The notes under the pieces are model-generated. The model made no database searches, was not told the origin of the DNA, and saw only the letters and a program-made list of their open reading frames with translations. Shown in pieces: positions 1-8,333 of a stretch of 12,341 nt of DNA. The translations under genes and the position numbers were made by a program. Origin of the DNA: Thermotogota bacterium (GTDB lineage: Bacteria; Thermotogota; Thermotogae; Petrotogales; Petrotogaceae); assembly GCA_051748045.1 (NCBI GenBank), contig JBNJGY010000050.1:1-12341 (forward strand). The letters are read 5' to 3'. Positions within the stretch are counted from its first letter, which is position 1, and every line of letters begins with the position of its first letter.

Positions 1-64
1 GAATAAAAAATGGAATGGATATTCCTAAAGCAATTAATAATAAAATAATTTGTTTTACAGTCAT
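1..64 (-). CDS. 5' end of a membrane or exported protein, running off the left edge (MTVKQIILLLIALGISIPFFI...)
   Basis: Manual translation from ATG at 64-62. SD GAGGAG lies 8 nt upstream. The frame is open to the window edge and encodes a hydrophobic N-terminal helix. Confidence 0.75.
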   Translation of the reverse strand, partial: MTVKQIILLLIALGISIPFFI

Positions 65-135
65 TTTCTTTTCTCCTCTTTGTTTTTATTATTTTTTTTG
101 AAATTATTTAAGTATAAAATTTCATTTAAGTTCAT
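61..135 (-). CDS. 24-aa small ORF MNLNEILYLNNFKKNNKNKEEKRK
   Basis: Strong SD (GAAGGAGGAG, 141-150) 5 nt before ATG 135. Its TGA overlaps the next ATG (ATGA). Confidence 0.5.
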   Translation of the reverse strand: MNLNEILYLNNFKKNNKNKEEKRK

Positions 136-214
136 GCTATCTCCTCCTTCAAGTAATTACACATAAATATTAATATAAAAAGAGAAGTTTTTTACCCAAC
201 TAAAGTAAGGGAAT

Positions 215-241
215 AAAAAAATCTGGCTAAAAGCCAGATTT
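215..241 (-). terminator. Rho-independent terminator downstream of the GNAT gene
   Basis: Stem AAATCTGGCT (219-228) / AGCCAGATTT (232-241), followed on the minus strand by a T-run, just after the stop at 245. Confidence 0.85.
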
Positions 242-244
242 AAA

Positions 245-1123
245 TCATAAATTTTTAATTTCATTGGGAGAAGATATTCCGTAAATTACAAAGTCATTTT
301 TTTCTTCAGATGCTTCTACAAATCCTTTTTCAACTAATAGATTTCTAAGTATATTATCATCTTCACACATATATAAAAATTCTGTTCCTTGTCTATGAAT
401 CATATTATATTTACTAATTGCAAAATTCAAAGCTTTATCATAATAATCTTTTCCCCAAATAAACGAGATCGACATAATTCCTTCTTTATTATACAATTTA
501 CTTAAAATAATTAACGATACTATTTCTCCATTTATTTTTTTTACAAAAACTTCTTTTCTTTCAACTAATTTTTTTAATAATTCTTCACTTGCTTTTATAG
601 CTGTCCAATCAAAAGTTAAATATCCTTGTCTCTTTTTTAATTGTTCTGATTCTAATATAAAAAGAACGTCTTTAAAATTTTTTATTAATTCATAATTTTC
701 AATATTTTCAATTTTGGGTTGATTTTCTATTCTATATATTTTCAATGAGTTAAGTAAATAAAAACCATATTTTTTAACAATATCAACACTTCTACTAGTA
801 TAAAATGTTGCCATTGAAACTAAGTTAAAATCAAAACTTTTAATCTTTTTTAAGTATTCTTCTGTTAAATATTTTGCATATCCCTTTCCTTGATAATCAG
901 GGTGAATTCTTAGTCCTTCAAGCCAGTATTCTTTATCTTGTAGATAGGTTAATTTAATAGTACCAATAACTTTTTCATCTTTTTCTAACACAGAAAAATC
1001 ACTGTTTTTTTCATTAACCCATTTTTCAAAAATATTTTTCAGATAATCATGTCCCTCCCAAGTTGAATTAGAAATTTCGGTAATATCTCTTTTATCTTTA
1101 ATTTGAGCTTTTCTAAGAATCAT
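245..1123 (-). CDS. GNAT family N-acetyltransferase (292 aa; N-terminal GNAT domain plus C-terminal extension)
   Basis: Acetyl-CoA motif A (LEGLRIHPDYQGKGYA). Start moved from 1189 to ATG 1123 (MILRKAQ) because SD AAGGGGG lies directly upstream. Confidence 0.85.
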   Translation of the reverse strand: MILRKAQIKDKRDITEISNSTWEGHDYLKNIFEKWVNEKNSDFSVLEKDEKVIGTIKLTYLQDKEYWLEGLRIHPDYQGKGYAKYLTEEYLKKIKSFDFNLVSMATFYTSRSVDIVKKYGFYLLNSLKIYRIENQPKIENIENYELIKNFKDVLFILESEQLKKRQGYLTFDWTAIKASEELLKKLVERKEVFVKKINGEIVSLIILSKLYNKEGIMSISFIWGKDYYDKALNFAISKYNMIHRQGTEFLYMCEDDNILRNLLVEKGFVEASEEKNDFVIYGISSPNEIKNL

Positions 1124-1288
1124 GTTTAACCCCCTTATTTTATTTATATCTATTATATTATATATAATTTTGTAAGTATCACAAACCATTTATTTGTATA
1201 AAACAGAATTAATTTTTCATTTTTGTGTAAAGATATTGTATAATATTTATATATAGTGAAAAATATATCTCATTGGGAGGGGATTAAA

Positions 1289-1738
1289 ATGTACTATTTT
1301 GCTTACGGGAATAACATGAATCCTGATATGATAAAAGAACAAGGTGTTGAGTATTTTGATCGAAGAAAAGGTATTATAAGAGGTTACAGAATTATCTTCA
1401 ATAAGAAAGCTAAAGATGAAGAATATTCTTTTGCCAATATAGAACAAACTGGAAATGATGAAGATATTATTGAAGGAATTCTATATGAGCTAGATAATTG
1501 TGAGATGAAAGAAATCGATAGAAAAGAAGGTTTTCCAACACAATATAATAAATACAGAATAAATGTTGAGACTGATGATGGAACAGTACAAGCTTTTGTA
1601 TATATAGCACAGCCTGAATGGATAAATAACAACTTAAAACCACCAAAGTTTTATATCAACAATATGTTAAAGGGTAAAGATCTTATTTCTCCTAACTACT
1701 TAAATTTTATAGAAAATGTTGAAACTTATGAAGAATAA
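1289..1738 (+). CDS. Gamma-glutamylcyclotransferase (GGCT/AIG2-like) family protein, 149 aa
   Basis: N-terminal YFAYGNNM (family YFAYGSN motif), GILYEL, IDRKEG containing the catalytic Glu position, and AFVY. SD GGAGG precedes ATG 1289. Confidence 0.88.
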   Translation: MYYFAYGNNMNPDMIKEQGVEYFDRRKGIIRGYRIIFNKKAKDEEYSFANIEQTGNDEDIIEGILYELDNCEMKEIDRKEGFPTQYNKYRINVETDDGTVQAFVYIAQPEWINNNLKPPKFYINNMLKGKDLISPNYLNFIENVETYEE

Positions 1739-1760
1739 AATAATATAAAGGAGTGTTTAG

Positions 1761-2591
1761 ATGCAAGACTTTAGTCTATTTAGTCCAGAAGTGATTTTCG
1801 CATTTATACTAACCATCTTTGCTGGTTTATCTACAGGTATTGGAAGTGCTTTAGCATTCTTTACAAAAAAAACAAATGAGACGTTTCTTTCTGCTTCATT
1901 AGGGTTTTCAGCTGGAGTTATGATTTATGTATCATTTGTTGAAATTTTTGTGAAAGCAAAAGAATCTTTGATCTCAGCATTGGGAGATGGTCAAGGGTAT
2001 TTAGTTACAACAATAGCTTTTTTTGCTGGAATAGCTCTTATTGGGTTAATAGACAAATTTGTTCCAAGTTATGAAAATCCTCATGAAATAAGAGATGCTT
2101 CAGAAATGAAAAAAAGCTTAAGTGATAAAACCAATCATAAAGAATTAATGAGAATGGGTATGTTTTCTGCATTGGCTATCGCGATTCATAATTTTCCAGA
2201 AGGACTTGCTACTTTTGTGGGAGCTTTACAAGATCCTTCAATAGGTATTAGTATTGCAGTAGCTATTGCTATTCATAATATTCCTGAAGGTATAGCAGTG
2301 TCAGTTCCGATTTATTATGCAACTGGTAGTAAAAAGAAAGCATTTTGGTATTCTTTGTTATCAGGTTTAGCTGAACCTATTGGAGCGTTGGTAGGATTTA
2401 CAATACTATTACCATTTTTTAATGACTTGACATTTGGAATATTGTTTGCAATGGTAGCTGGTATTATGGTTTATATATCATTAGATGAATTGCTTCCAAC
2501 AGCTGAAAAATACGCAAAACATCATATAGCAATTTGGGGATTAATTTCTGGAATGGCGGTAATGTCAATAAGTTTAGTTTTATTTGCATAA
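1761..2591 (+). CDS. zupT: ZIP family divalent metal (zinc) transporter ZupT
   Basis: Metal-site motifs HNFPEG and HNIPEG, GFSAGVMIYVSFVEI, DELLP, about 8 hydrophobic segments. SD AAGGAG. Starts 22 nt after the GGCT stop. Confidence 0.93.
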   Translation: MQDFSLFSPEVIFAFILTIFAGLSTGIGSALAFFTKKTNETFLSASLGFSAGVMIYVSFVEIFVKAKESLISALGDGQGYLVTTIAFFAGIALIGLIDKFVPSYENPHEIRDASEMKKSLSDKTNHKELMRMGMFSALAIAIHNFPEGLATFVGALQDPSIGISIAVAIAIHNIPEGIAVSVPIYYATGSKKKAFWYSLLSGLAEPIGALVGFTILLPFFNDLTFGILFAMVAGIMVYISLDELLPTAEKYAKHHIAIWGLISGMAVMSISLVLFA

Positions 2592-2623
2592 AAAAAGAGG
2601 TGATTTAAATCACCTCTTTTTTT
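2590..2623. terminator. Bidirectional intrinsic terminator between convergent zupT and the 570-aa gene
   Basis: Perfect 34-bp palindrome A7-GAGGTGATTT-AAATCACCTC-T7 filling the gap between the two stop codons. Confidence 0.92.
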
Positions 2624-4335
2624 TACATAAGATCGTTAATATTTTTCTTATTATTTTTTAAAAAATCATCGAAAATATATATTTCTTCTTTATTATCTAA
2701 TATTTCTCCTGCTTTGTAAGAATTTTCAAAACTAGCAAGTTTATCTTCAGGTATTCCAGAAAAATATGATAATTTCTTCTTGTCTTTCAATAAGTTTATA
2801 AATATTTCTGGATATTTTTCTATGTAAAAATTGAGTTCATTTTCCTCATTATAAAGCAATCCCTCTTTATCTAAAATATGATAATAAGCTTCTTTTGTAC
2901 CTGTTTTATTTGCAATTGTAAGAGCTTCTAAAAGTACCAAATTTTTATTCAGTTTATCCCAGTTAACTATTTCTGGGTAGTCATTTTTTAAGTTTTTAAA
3001 ATACTGAACAGCTTTTTCAGCTTCTTCAAAATTTTTAGTATAGTTAGCCATTAAAGAATAATGAACAATCTTTTTATAAACATAATTAAAATCAAAATTG
3101 GTTATTTTCTCTTTGTTTAACAAGGATTTTATTTCTTCTAAAATAAGTCTAGTTTTATTGTAATAAGATGTGTTCAAATCATCTCCGAAAAATCTATCTT
3201 CGTTGTAAGCTAAAAATTCCATTCCTCTGATATTCATTGTTTCAATTATATCTTCAACAACATTCTCGAACCCAATGTTTAGTAGTTCTAAATTTTTAAA
3301 ATAAGGATCTATATATTTTTTTAATTCAATATTGAAACTGTTTACACTAATAATTTCACCTTCTGAAAAATAAATATGTTCACTATTTTTTTTGTCAAAA
3401 CCATAAACATTTACATTTTTTGGAATTTCAAATTCATTCACTAAGATAAACTTATTATCGTATAAAAAATATTCTCCAGTACTTACTTCATCTATTTGGT
3501 GTTTAAGAGCAAAATATTTTTTAACTCTTGAATCCTTGTTGCTATCTATATAAGCTAAATCTGGATATAAAAGTTTCCCAATGTTACCTAAAGTTATTCT
3601 TGAAAAGTTCTTTTCCGGTAAAAATATCTTATTAGTACTTACAGCATCTAAACGATTATCATAATGATAAATCCAATCTTTATCTATACTGTAAAAACTT
3701 TGACTAAAAGAAGTTTCAAATTTTGAAATATTTTTGAAAGGGTCAGAAAAATTTCTTATATAATTAATATCATATTTTTCACCATCTTGATTAGCTTTAA
3801 AATCAGAGATAATAAAAACCTTATCAAAAATTTTAATTCTAGATTTTAGTGAGAATGGGTTTGATTTTTCACTATATTTTAAAAGATGAATATCTTTGTT
3901 ATTTTTATAATCAACAAAATGAAACTCTGAAGTATCTCCGTTTATTACTTTGATAATTATTATTTCTCCGTTTGGATGAAAATAAACGTCTGATGCTTTT
4001 TTCAAAATAACATAATTCAAATTTACTTCTGAATCATAAACATAAACCAAATTATTTTTTGCAATACTCGCTAGTTTGAGTCCATCGTTTGATATAATAT
4101 ATTCAGAAAATTCTTCTCCAGTATACAATGATTTTATATTGTTTAAATCAGATGAGTCCCAAGCATATATATCATAGGTATTATTATCAAAAACATGAGT
4201 AACTAATATATTCATTTCATCATAAAATGTTCCAGTATATGTATAGTTGGTTTGTTTTTCATATTCTTCAAAAGTAATAGAAAAAATAAAAATATTAAAA
4301 ATTAAGAATATCATTATAAAAAGTTTTTTATACAT
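2623..4335 (-). CDS. Exported hypothetical protein, 570 aa (signal peptide, probable beta-propeller N-half, helical/TPR-like C-half)
   Basis: Long ORF with SD AAGGGGG. Signal-like MYKKLFIMIFLIFNIFIFS. WD40-like turns ISNDGLKLASI and VYFHPNGEIIII. Helical segment NFEEAEKAVQYF. Fold assignment is inference. Confidence 0.75.
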   Translation of the reverse strand: MYKKLFIMIFLIFNIFIFSITFEEYEKQTNYTYTGTFYDEMNILVTHVFDNNTYDIYAWDSSDLNNIKSLYTGEEFSEYIISNDGLKLASIAKNNLVYVYDSEVNLNYVILKKASDVYFHPNGEIIIIKVINGDTSEFHFVDYKNNKDIHLLKYSEKSNPFSLKSRIKIFDKVFIISDFKANQDGEKYDINYIRNFSDPFKNISKFETSFSQSFYSIDKDWIYHYDNRLDAVSTNKIFLPEKNFSRITLGNIGKLLYPDLAYIDSNKDSRVKKYFALKHQIDEVSTGEYFLYDNKFILVNEFEIPKNVNVYGFDKKNSEHIYFSEGEIISVNSFNIELKKYIDPYFKNLELLNIGFENVVEDIIETMNIRGMEFLAYNEDRFFGDDLNTSYYNKTRLILEEIKSLLNKEKITNFDFNYVYKKIVHYSLMANYTKNFEEAEKAVQYFKNLKNDYPEIVNWDKLNKNLVLLEALTIANKTGTKEAYYHILDKEGLLYNEENELNFYIEKYPEIFINLLKDKKKLSYFSGIPEDKLASFENSYKAGEILDNKEEIYIFDDFLKNNKKNINDLM

Positions 4336-4386
4336 GGAAATTCCCCCTTCTGATTATTAAATAAAAATTAATTAATGGTTAATAAA

Positions 4387-4395
4387 ATTATACCA
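4387..4395 (-). promoter_or_regulatory. Extended -10 promoter element (TGGTATAAT) for the 570-aa gene
   Basis: Perfect TGn-TATAAT about 50 nt upstream of the start. The same 9-mer occurs at 9124 (+) and 11450 (-). Confidence 0.6.
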
Positions 4396-4421
4396 TATTA
4401 ACAATCAGAGAAGTGATTTTT

Positions 4422-5585
4422 CTAAAAAGCTTCTAAAATGACTCTATCTAAAACTCCATGTAAATAAGATATAATTACCCCATAATTGAAAATAGGAATA
4501 TTTAACCTTTTAATATGTTCTAATCTTCTCATCATCATTGTTCTTGTAAGTGTACACCCTCCACAATGTATAATTATTTTAGTGTTTTCTGTATCCTTTT
4601 TATCTGGAAATTCTTTTCCTGCTATAAAATCAAAAATCAACTCTTTGTTACTATATTTTTTTAACCAGTTAGGTATTTTAACTCTACCAATGTCCTCAGC
4701 TAATGGTCTGTGAGAGCATCCTTCCATAATTAAGATTCTATCACCATCTTCGAGTTCTTCAATAATATCTATATCTTTAGATAAAATATCCAAATCACCT
4801 TTATGTCTAGCTTCTAAAACAGAAAAAGTTGTCAAATTAATACCTTTTGGAACTAATTGATTTACTTCTTTGATTGCTTGTGAATCTGTTATTACAAGCT
4901 TCGGTTTTTCTTTCAATTTGCTCAAAATTTTTGGTATTCCTTCTACAGAAGTTTGAATTGGAAAAGATTCTCTGTCTAATAATTCTCTAATAGCAGTAAC
5001 TTGTGGCATTATTAGTCTGCCTTTTGGTGCTCCTGTATCAACTGGAATAACCAATACTACTATATCATTTTCTTTAATGAATTCTGGGATTAAAGGAACA
5101 TCCTTTTCTTCTGGTTTTATTTCTGTTATTTTTTGTTTCAATTCTTCTATTCCAGCGTTCTTTTTTGCTGATACTTTGATAAAATTATTATCTTTAATAT
5201 TTTCATTATTAATATCAATTTTATTTAAAACAATCAAATATGGAATATCATACTTTTTGAATTTTTCGATTATTTTATTATCATGCTCATCTAATTCATT
5301 ATCTATAATTAATAGACCTATGTCACCTTTCATAAAAGCTCTTTCAGCTATTTTTACTCTTTTTTCTCCTATTTCCCCAACATCATCTATTCCTGGAGTA
5401 TCTATTAGAGTTACTGGACCAATTGGTTGCAATTCCATTGTCTTATAAACAGGATCAGTTGTAGTTCCTGGAGTATCAGAAACCAGAGAAATATCCTGTT
5501 TTAAAAGAGCATTAATCAATGATGATTTTCCAACATTTCTTTTTCCAGTAATTATTATATTTAATCTATATCCACCTATTGACAT
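4422..5585 (-). CDS. hydF: [FeFe]-hydrogenase H-cluster maturation GTPase/scaffold HydF
   Basis: GTPase motifs GKRNVGKS, TTTDPV, DTPG, NKID, VSA. Also PKGRLIMPQV and ITDSQ, and the Fe-S ligands CSH...HCGGC. Confidence 0.97.
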   Translation of the reverse strand: MSIGGYRLNIIITGKRNVGKSSLINALLKQDISLVSDTPGTTTDPVYKTMELQPIGPVTLIDTPGIDDVGEIGEKRVKIAERAFMKGDIGLLIIDNELDEHDNKIIEKFKKYDIPYLIVLNKIDINNENIKDNNFIKVSAKKNAGIEELKQKITEIKPEEKDVPLIPEFIKENDIVVLVIPVDTGAPKGRLIMPQVTAIRELLDRESFPIQTSVEGIPKILSKLKEKPKLVITDSQAIKEVNQLVPKGINLTTFSVLEARHKGDLDILSKDIDIIEELEDGDRILIMEGCSHRPLAEDIGRVKIPNWLKKYSNKELIFDFIAGKEFPDKKDTENTKIIIHCGGCTLTRTMMMRRLEHIKRLNIPIFNYGVIISYLHGVLDRVILEAF

Positions 5586-5589
5586 TTTT

Positions 5590-6645
5590 TCACCTTCCCA
5601 AAGCTTTTGTTGTTATAGGACATATTTTAATGTTTCTTTTTTCAAGTTCATCTATTGTTTCAAAAAAGTCTATTTTAGCTTTATTATCATAGATATTATA
5701 GTTTTCTCTAAATTTATTTGGAGTAATATTAACCATAACTACATTACAAAAATATTCCAAAGCATCGTAATGTGTTTTAAGATCAAGTGTACCTAAAGCT
5801 GTAGTAACTGGCATCTGAGCATTTGGCACTACAAACCTCGCAGCACAACAAGCATTCATTGTTTTAGTTATTGAACCATTTTCTAAATTTTCATAAGGTG
5901 TATTTTTTGATGCAATAAGTGGACCTATTCCAATCATAATAACTTTTTCATTTCTAATAAACAACAAATCATCTGCAATGTTTGAATCAGTTTGACCAGG
6001 TAACCCTATAATAAAACCTGAACCAGTCACATAACCTATAGAATTCGCATACTTTAAAAGCCCCAGTCTTTTTTCATAATTTTTATCTGGATTTACTTTT
6101 TCAAATAAATTTTGGTTAACACTTTCATGTTTTAAAAGAGTTCTTATAGCCCCAGCTTTTTTATATCTGAAATATGACTCAAAATCTCTTTCACCTATAG
6201 AAATTGAAATGGGGAGTTTAGTTAAATTCTTAATTTTTTTAACAATACTAATAATCTTTTCATCATCATAGAAAAAATCTTCTCCACTTTGGAGGACTAT
6301 TGTATCCAGACCTAAATCTTTAACCTTCTCAACAGCATTTATTATGTCTTCTTCAGACATTCTATATCTTTTTATAGAACTATTATCTCTTCTGATACCG
6401 CAGTAATCACAGTTTTTTGAGCAATAATTGCTAAATTCAATTAGTCCTTTTATAGAAACATAATCAGCAGTAAAAATTTTTTTAACTAAAGAAGAAGCCT
6501 TATAAATCAGTTCCCTTTGAGGGTCATCTTTTTCCAAACTCAAAATATACAAAATATGTTCTTTATTTAGAGTTTTGTGTTCAGTAAAATAATCTAAAAG
6601 TTTTCTTCCTTGATCATCTAATTTATCATAAACGCTTTCAAACAT
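5590..6645 (-). CDS. hydE: [FeFe]-hydrogenase H-cluster radical SAM maturase HydE
   Basis: IEFSNYCSKNCDYCGIR (CX3CX2C), RYRM, VLQSGED, GLPGQT, TTAL and C-terminal YxxY (YNIYDNK). Located between hydG and hydF. Confidence 0.92.
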   Translation of the reverse strand: MFESVYDKLDDQGRKLLDYFTEHKTLNKEHILYILSLEKDDPQRELIYKASSLVKKIFTADYVSIKGLIEFSNYCSKNCDYCGIRRDNSSIKRYRMSEEDIINAVEKVKDLGLDTIVLQSGEDFFYDDEKIISIVKKIKNLTKLPISISIGERDFESYFRYKKAGAIRTLLKHESVNQNLFEKVNPDKNYEKRLGLLKYANSIGYVTGSGFIIGLPGQTDSNIADDLLFIRNEKVIMIGIGPLIASKNTPYENLENGSITKTMNACCAARFVVPNAQMPVTTALGTLDLKTHYDALEYFCNVVMVNITPNKFRENYNIYDNKAKIDFFETIDELEKRNIKICPITTKALGR

Positions 6646-6654
6646 ATAACACCT

Positions 6655-8067
6655 CTAAAAGTATAAATCTCTTTCTCCAAATTTTATTTTTTCAATATTT
6701 TTAATCAATGCAGTTTTCATTTTTTCATCTTTTATGTTGTTAATTTCTTTATCTATAACGCTTAGACAAGATTCCTTCGTTTCTTCAGAAGCATAATCAG
6801 TCACATACTCCATAAGCGTGCTAACCGCGTTTGGAGTACAAAATCTTTTAACAAAACCTGGAATTGCAAATTCCATAAAATGTTCACCCGTTCTTCCAAG
6901 TCTATAACAACCAGTACAAAATGAAGGAAGATAGTTTTCATCTGTGAGTTGTCTTATAACTTCATCAAGAGTTCTTTGATCTCCAAGAACAAACTGAGAT
7001 TTCTTGTAAGCTTCTTCATCCTCCGTTGAGTAAGCCCCAACACCAATGTTAGAACCAGCATCTATTTGTGATACACCAAATTTCATCAACTCGTTTCTAA
7101 TTTCAAGAGATTCTCTTGCTGTTAAGATTAACCCTGTATAAGGAACAGCTAATCTCAAAATAGCAACCAATTTTTTAAAAGTGTAATCATCTACTAAATG
7201 AGGAGGTTGTTCAGAAATTGGAGTGTTTAAAGCTGGTTCAATCCTCGGAAAAGATATTGTGTGAGGACCCACGTTGAACCTTTCCTCAAAATGAATAGTA
7301 TGAGATAACAATCCCATCATTTCAAACTTCCAATCGTACAAACCAAACAATGCCCCTATTCCAACGTCATCAATTCCAGCTTTAAAAGCTCTATCTAAAG
7401 AATAAAGTCTCCATCTATAACTGGATTTTGGACCACTAGGATGTACTTTTTTATAAGTTTCTTCATGATAAGTTTCTTGAAAAACCTGATAAGTTCCAAT
7501 TCCAACATCTTTTATCTTTTTAAAGTTTTCTACAGTTTGAGGAGCAGCGTTTATATTAACCCTTCTAATATTCCCTTTTCCACTCTGAACAGAATAAACT
7601 TCTTTCACTGTATCTGCAATAAAATCCGCATCATATTTAGGATGTTCACCATAAACAAGGATCAACCTTTTGTGTCCGCTATCCACTAAAGAAGTTGTTT
7701 CATTTTTCACTTGTTTTAAATTCAAAGAATTTCTATAAATTTCATCATTAGATACTCTAAATGCACAATACTCACAATCATTAACACAATCATTTCCGAT
7801 ATACATAGGAGCGAAAAGAACAATTCTATTTCCATACACGCGTTCTTTTAAAGTTCTTGCTCCTTCAAATATTTTCTTCACAAGCTCTTCATCTTCACAG
7901 TTCAATAAAACAGCCATTTCTTCTAACTCTAGTCTTTGTTTATTCAAAGATTTATTTATTATTTCTTCAACTCTTGCTTTTTCTGGATTTTTAGTTTCTT
8001 CCAACAAATAATTTATTTTTTCTTCATCTATAAAAGTTTTAGTTTCATTGTCTTTTAAATAGAACAT
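6655..8067 (-). CDS. hydG: [FeFe]-hydrogenase H-cluster radical SAM maturase HydG (tyrosine lyase)
   Basis: N-terminal CVNDCEYC, FQETYH, GPHTISFPR (dangler-Fe His), and a C-terminal auxiliary cluster motif CX2CX22C (CTGC...FCTPNA) that distinguishes it from ThiH. Confidence 0.97.
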   Translation of the reverse strand: MFYLKDNETKTFIDEEKINYLLEETKNPEKARVEEIINKSLNKQRLELEEMAVLLNCEDEELVKKIFEGARTLKERVYGNRIVLFAPMYIGNDCVNDCEYCAFRVSNDEIYRNSLNLKQVKNETTSLVDSGHKRLILVYGEHPKYDADFIADTVKEVYSVQSGKGNIRRVNINAAPQTVENFKKIKDVGIGTYQVFQETYHEETYKKVHPSGPKSSYRWRLYSLDRAFKAGIDDVGIGALFGLYDWKFEMMGLLSHTIHFEERFNVGPHTISFPRIEPALNTPISEQPPHLVDDYTFKKLVAILRLAVPYTGLILTARESLEIRNELMKFGVSQIDAGSNIGVGAYSTEDEEAYKKSQFVLGDQRTLDEVIRQLTDENYLPSFCTGCYRLGRTGEHFMEFAIPGFVKRFCTPNAVSTLMEYVTDYASEETKESCLSVIDKEINNIKDEKMKTALIKNIEKIKFGERDLYF

Positions 8068-8077
8068 AATATCACCT

Positions 8078-8326
8078 CTAATATTTTAAAGTATGTGATT
8101 TAACTTTTACTCCATTAATTTGTCCTAACTTACCATTAAGAGAACCTATTTCGTCTGTAGTACCTTTGAAAACAATAAAAATAATTGCAACATTATCATC
8201 TTTCATTGGGTACCCTACTCTCAAATGTATGTTTTCAGCATTCAAATGCAGGACTTCATTCACTTTATTATAAGCATTTTCTCTGTCTGAAATAGCAATA
8301 GAAATCATAGCAGTTTTAATTTCCAT
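8078..8326 (-). CDS. TM1266-family iron-only hydrogenase system putative regulator (82 aa, ACT/ferredoxin-like fold)
   Basis: VNEVLH...IHLRVGYP...IGSLNGKLGQINGVKVKS pattern typical of this family. Sits directly upstream of hydG. Strong SD AAGGAGGGGG. Confidence 0.9.
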   Translation of the reverse strand: MEIKTAMISIAISDRENAYNKVNEVLHLNAENIHLRVGYPMKDDNVAIIFIVFKGTTDEIGSLNGKLGQINGVKVKSHTLKY

Positions 8327-8333
8327 AAAAAAA

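Noticed and set aside
1255-1274. Fur/Zur-like box upstream of GGCT-zupT (TGAAAAATATATCTCA)
   Set aside because: 16-bp spacing and two mismatched pairs do not fit the 7-1-7 consensus; likely by chance in AT-rich DNA.
1124-1288. Longer starts given by the ORF track (1189, 1256; likewise 9163 and 11123)
   Set aside because: Downstream starts have properly spaced SD sites and match the family N-termini.
1247-1632. Minus-strand ORFs 1247-1447 and 1384-1632
   Set aside because: Antisense shadows of the GGCT gene with no recognisable motifs.
4486-7689. Plus-strand ORFs 4486-4713, 5077-5448 and 7441-7689
   Set aside because: Antisense to hydF and hydG, with the Ile/Phe/Ser-rich composition typical of shadow frames.
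5590-8067. Alternative calls of biotin synthase BioB and ThiH for the radical SAM genes
   Set aside because: The CX2CX22C tail, GPHTIS, YxxY and adjacency to hydF and the TM1266-family gene identify HydG and HydE.
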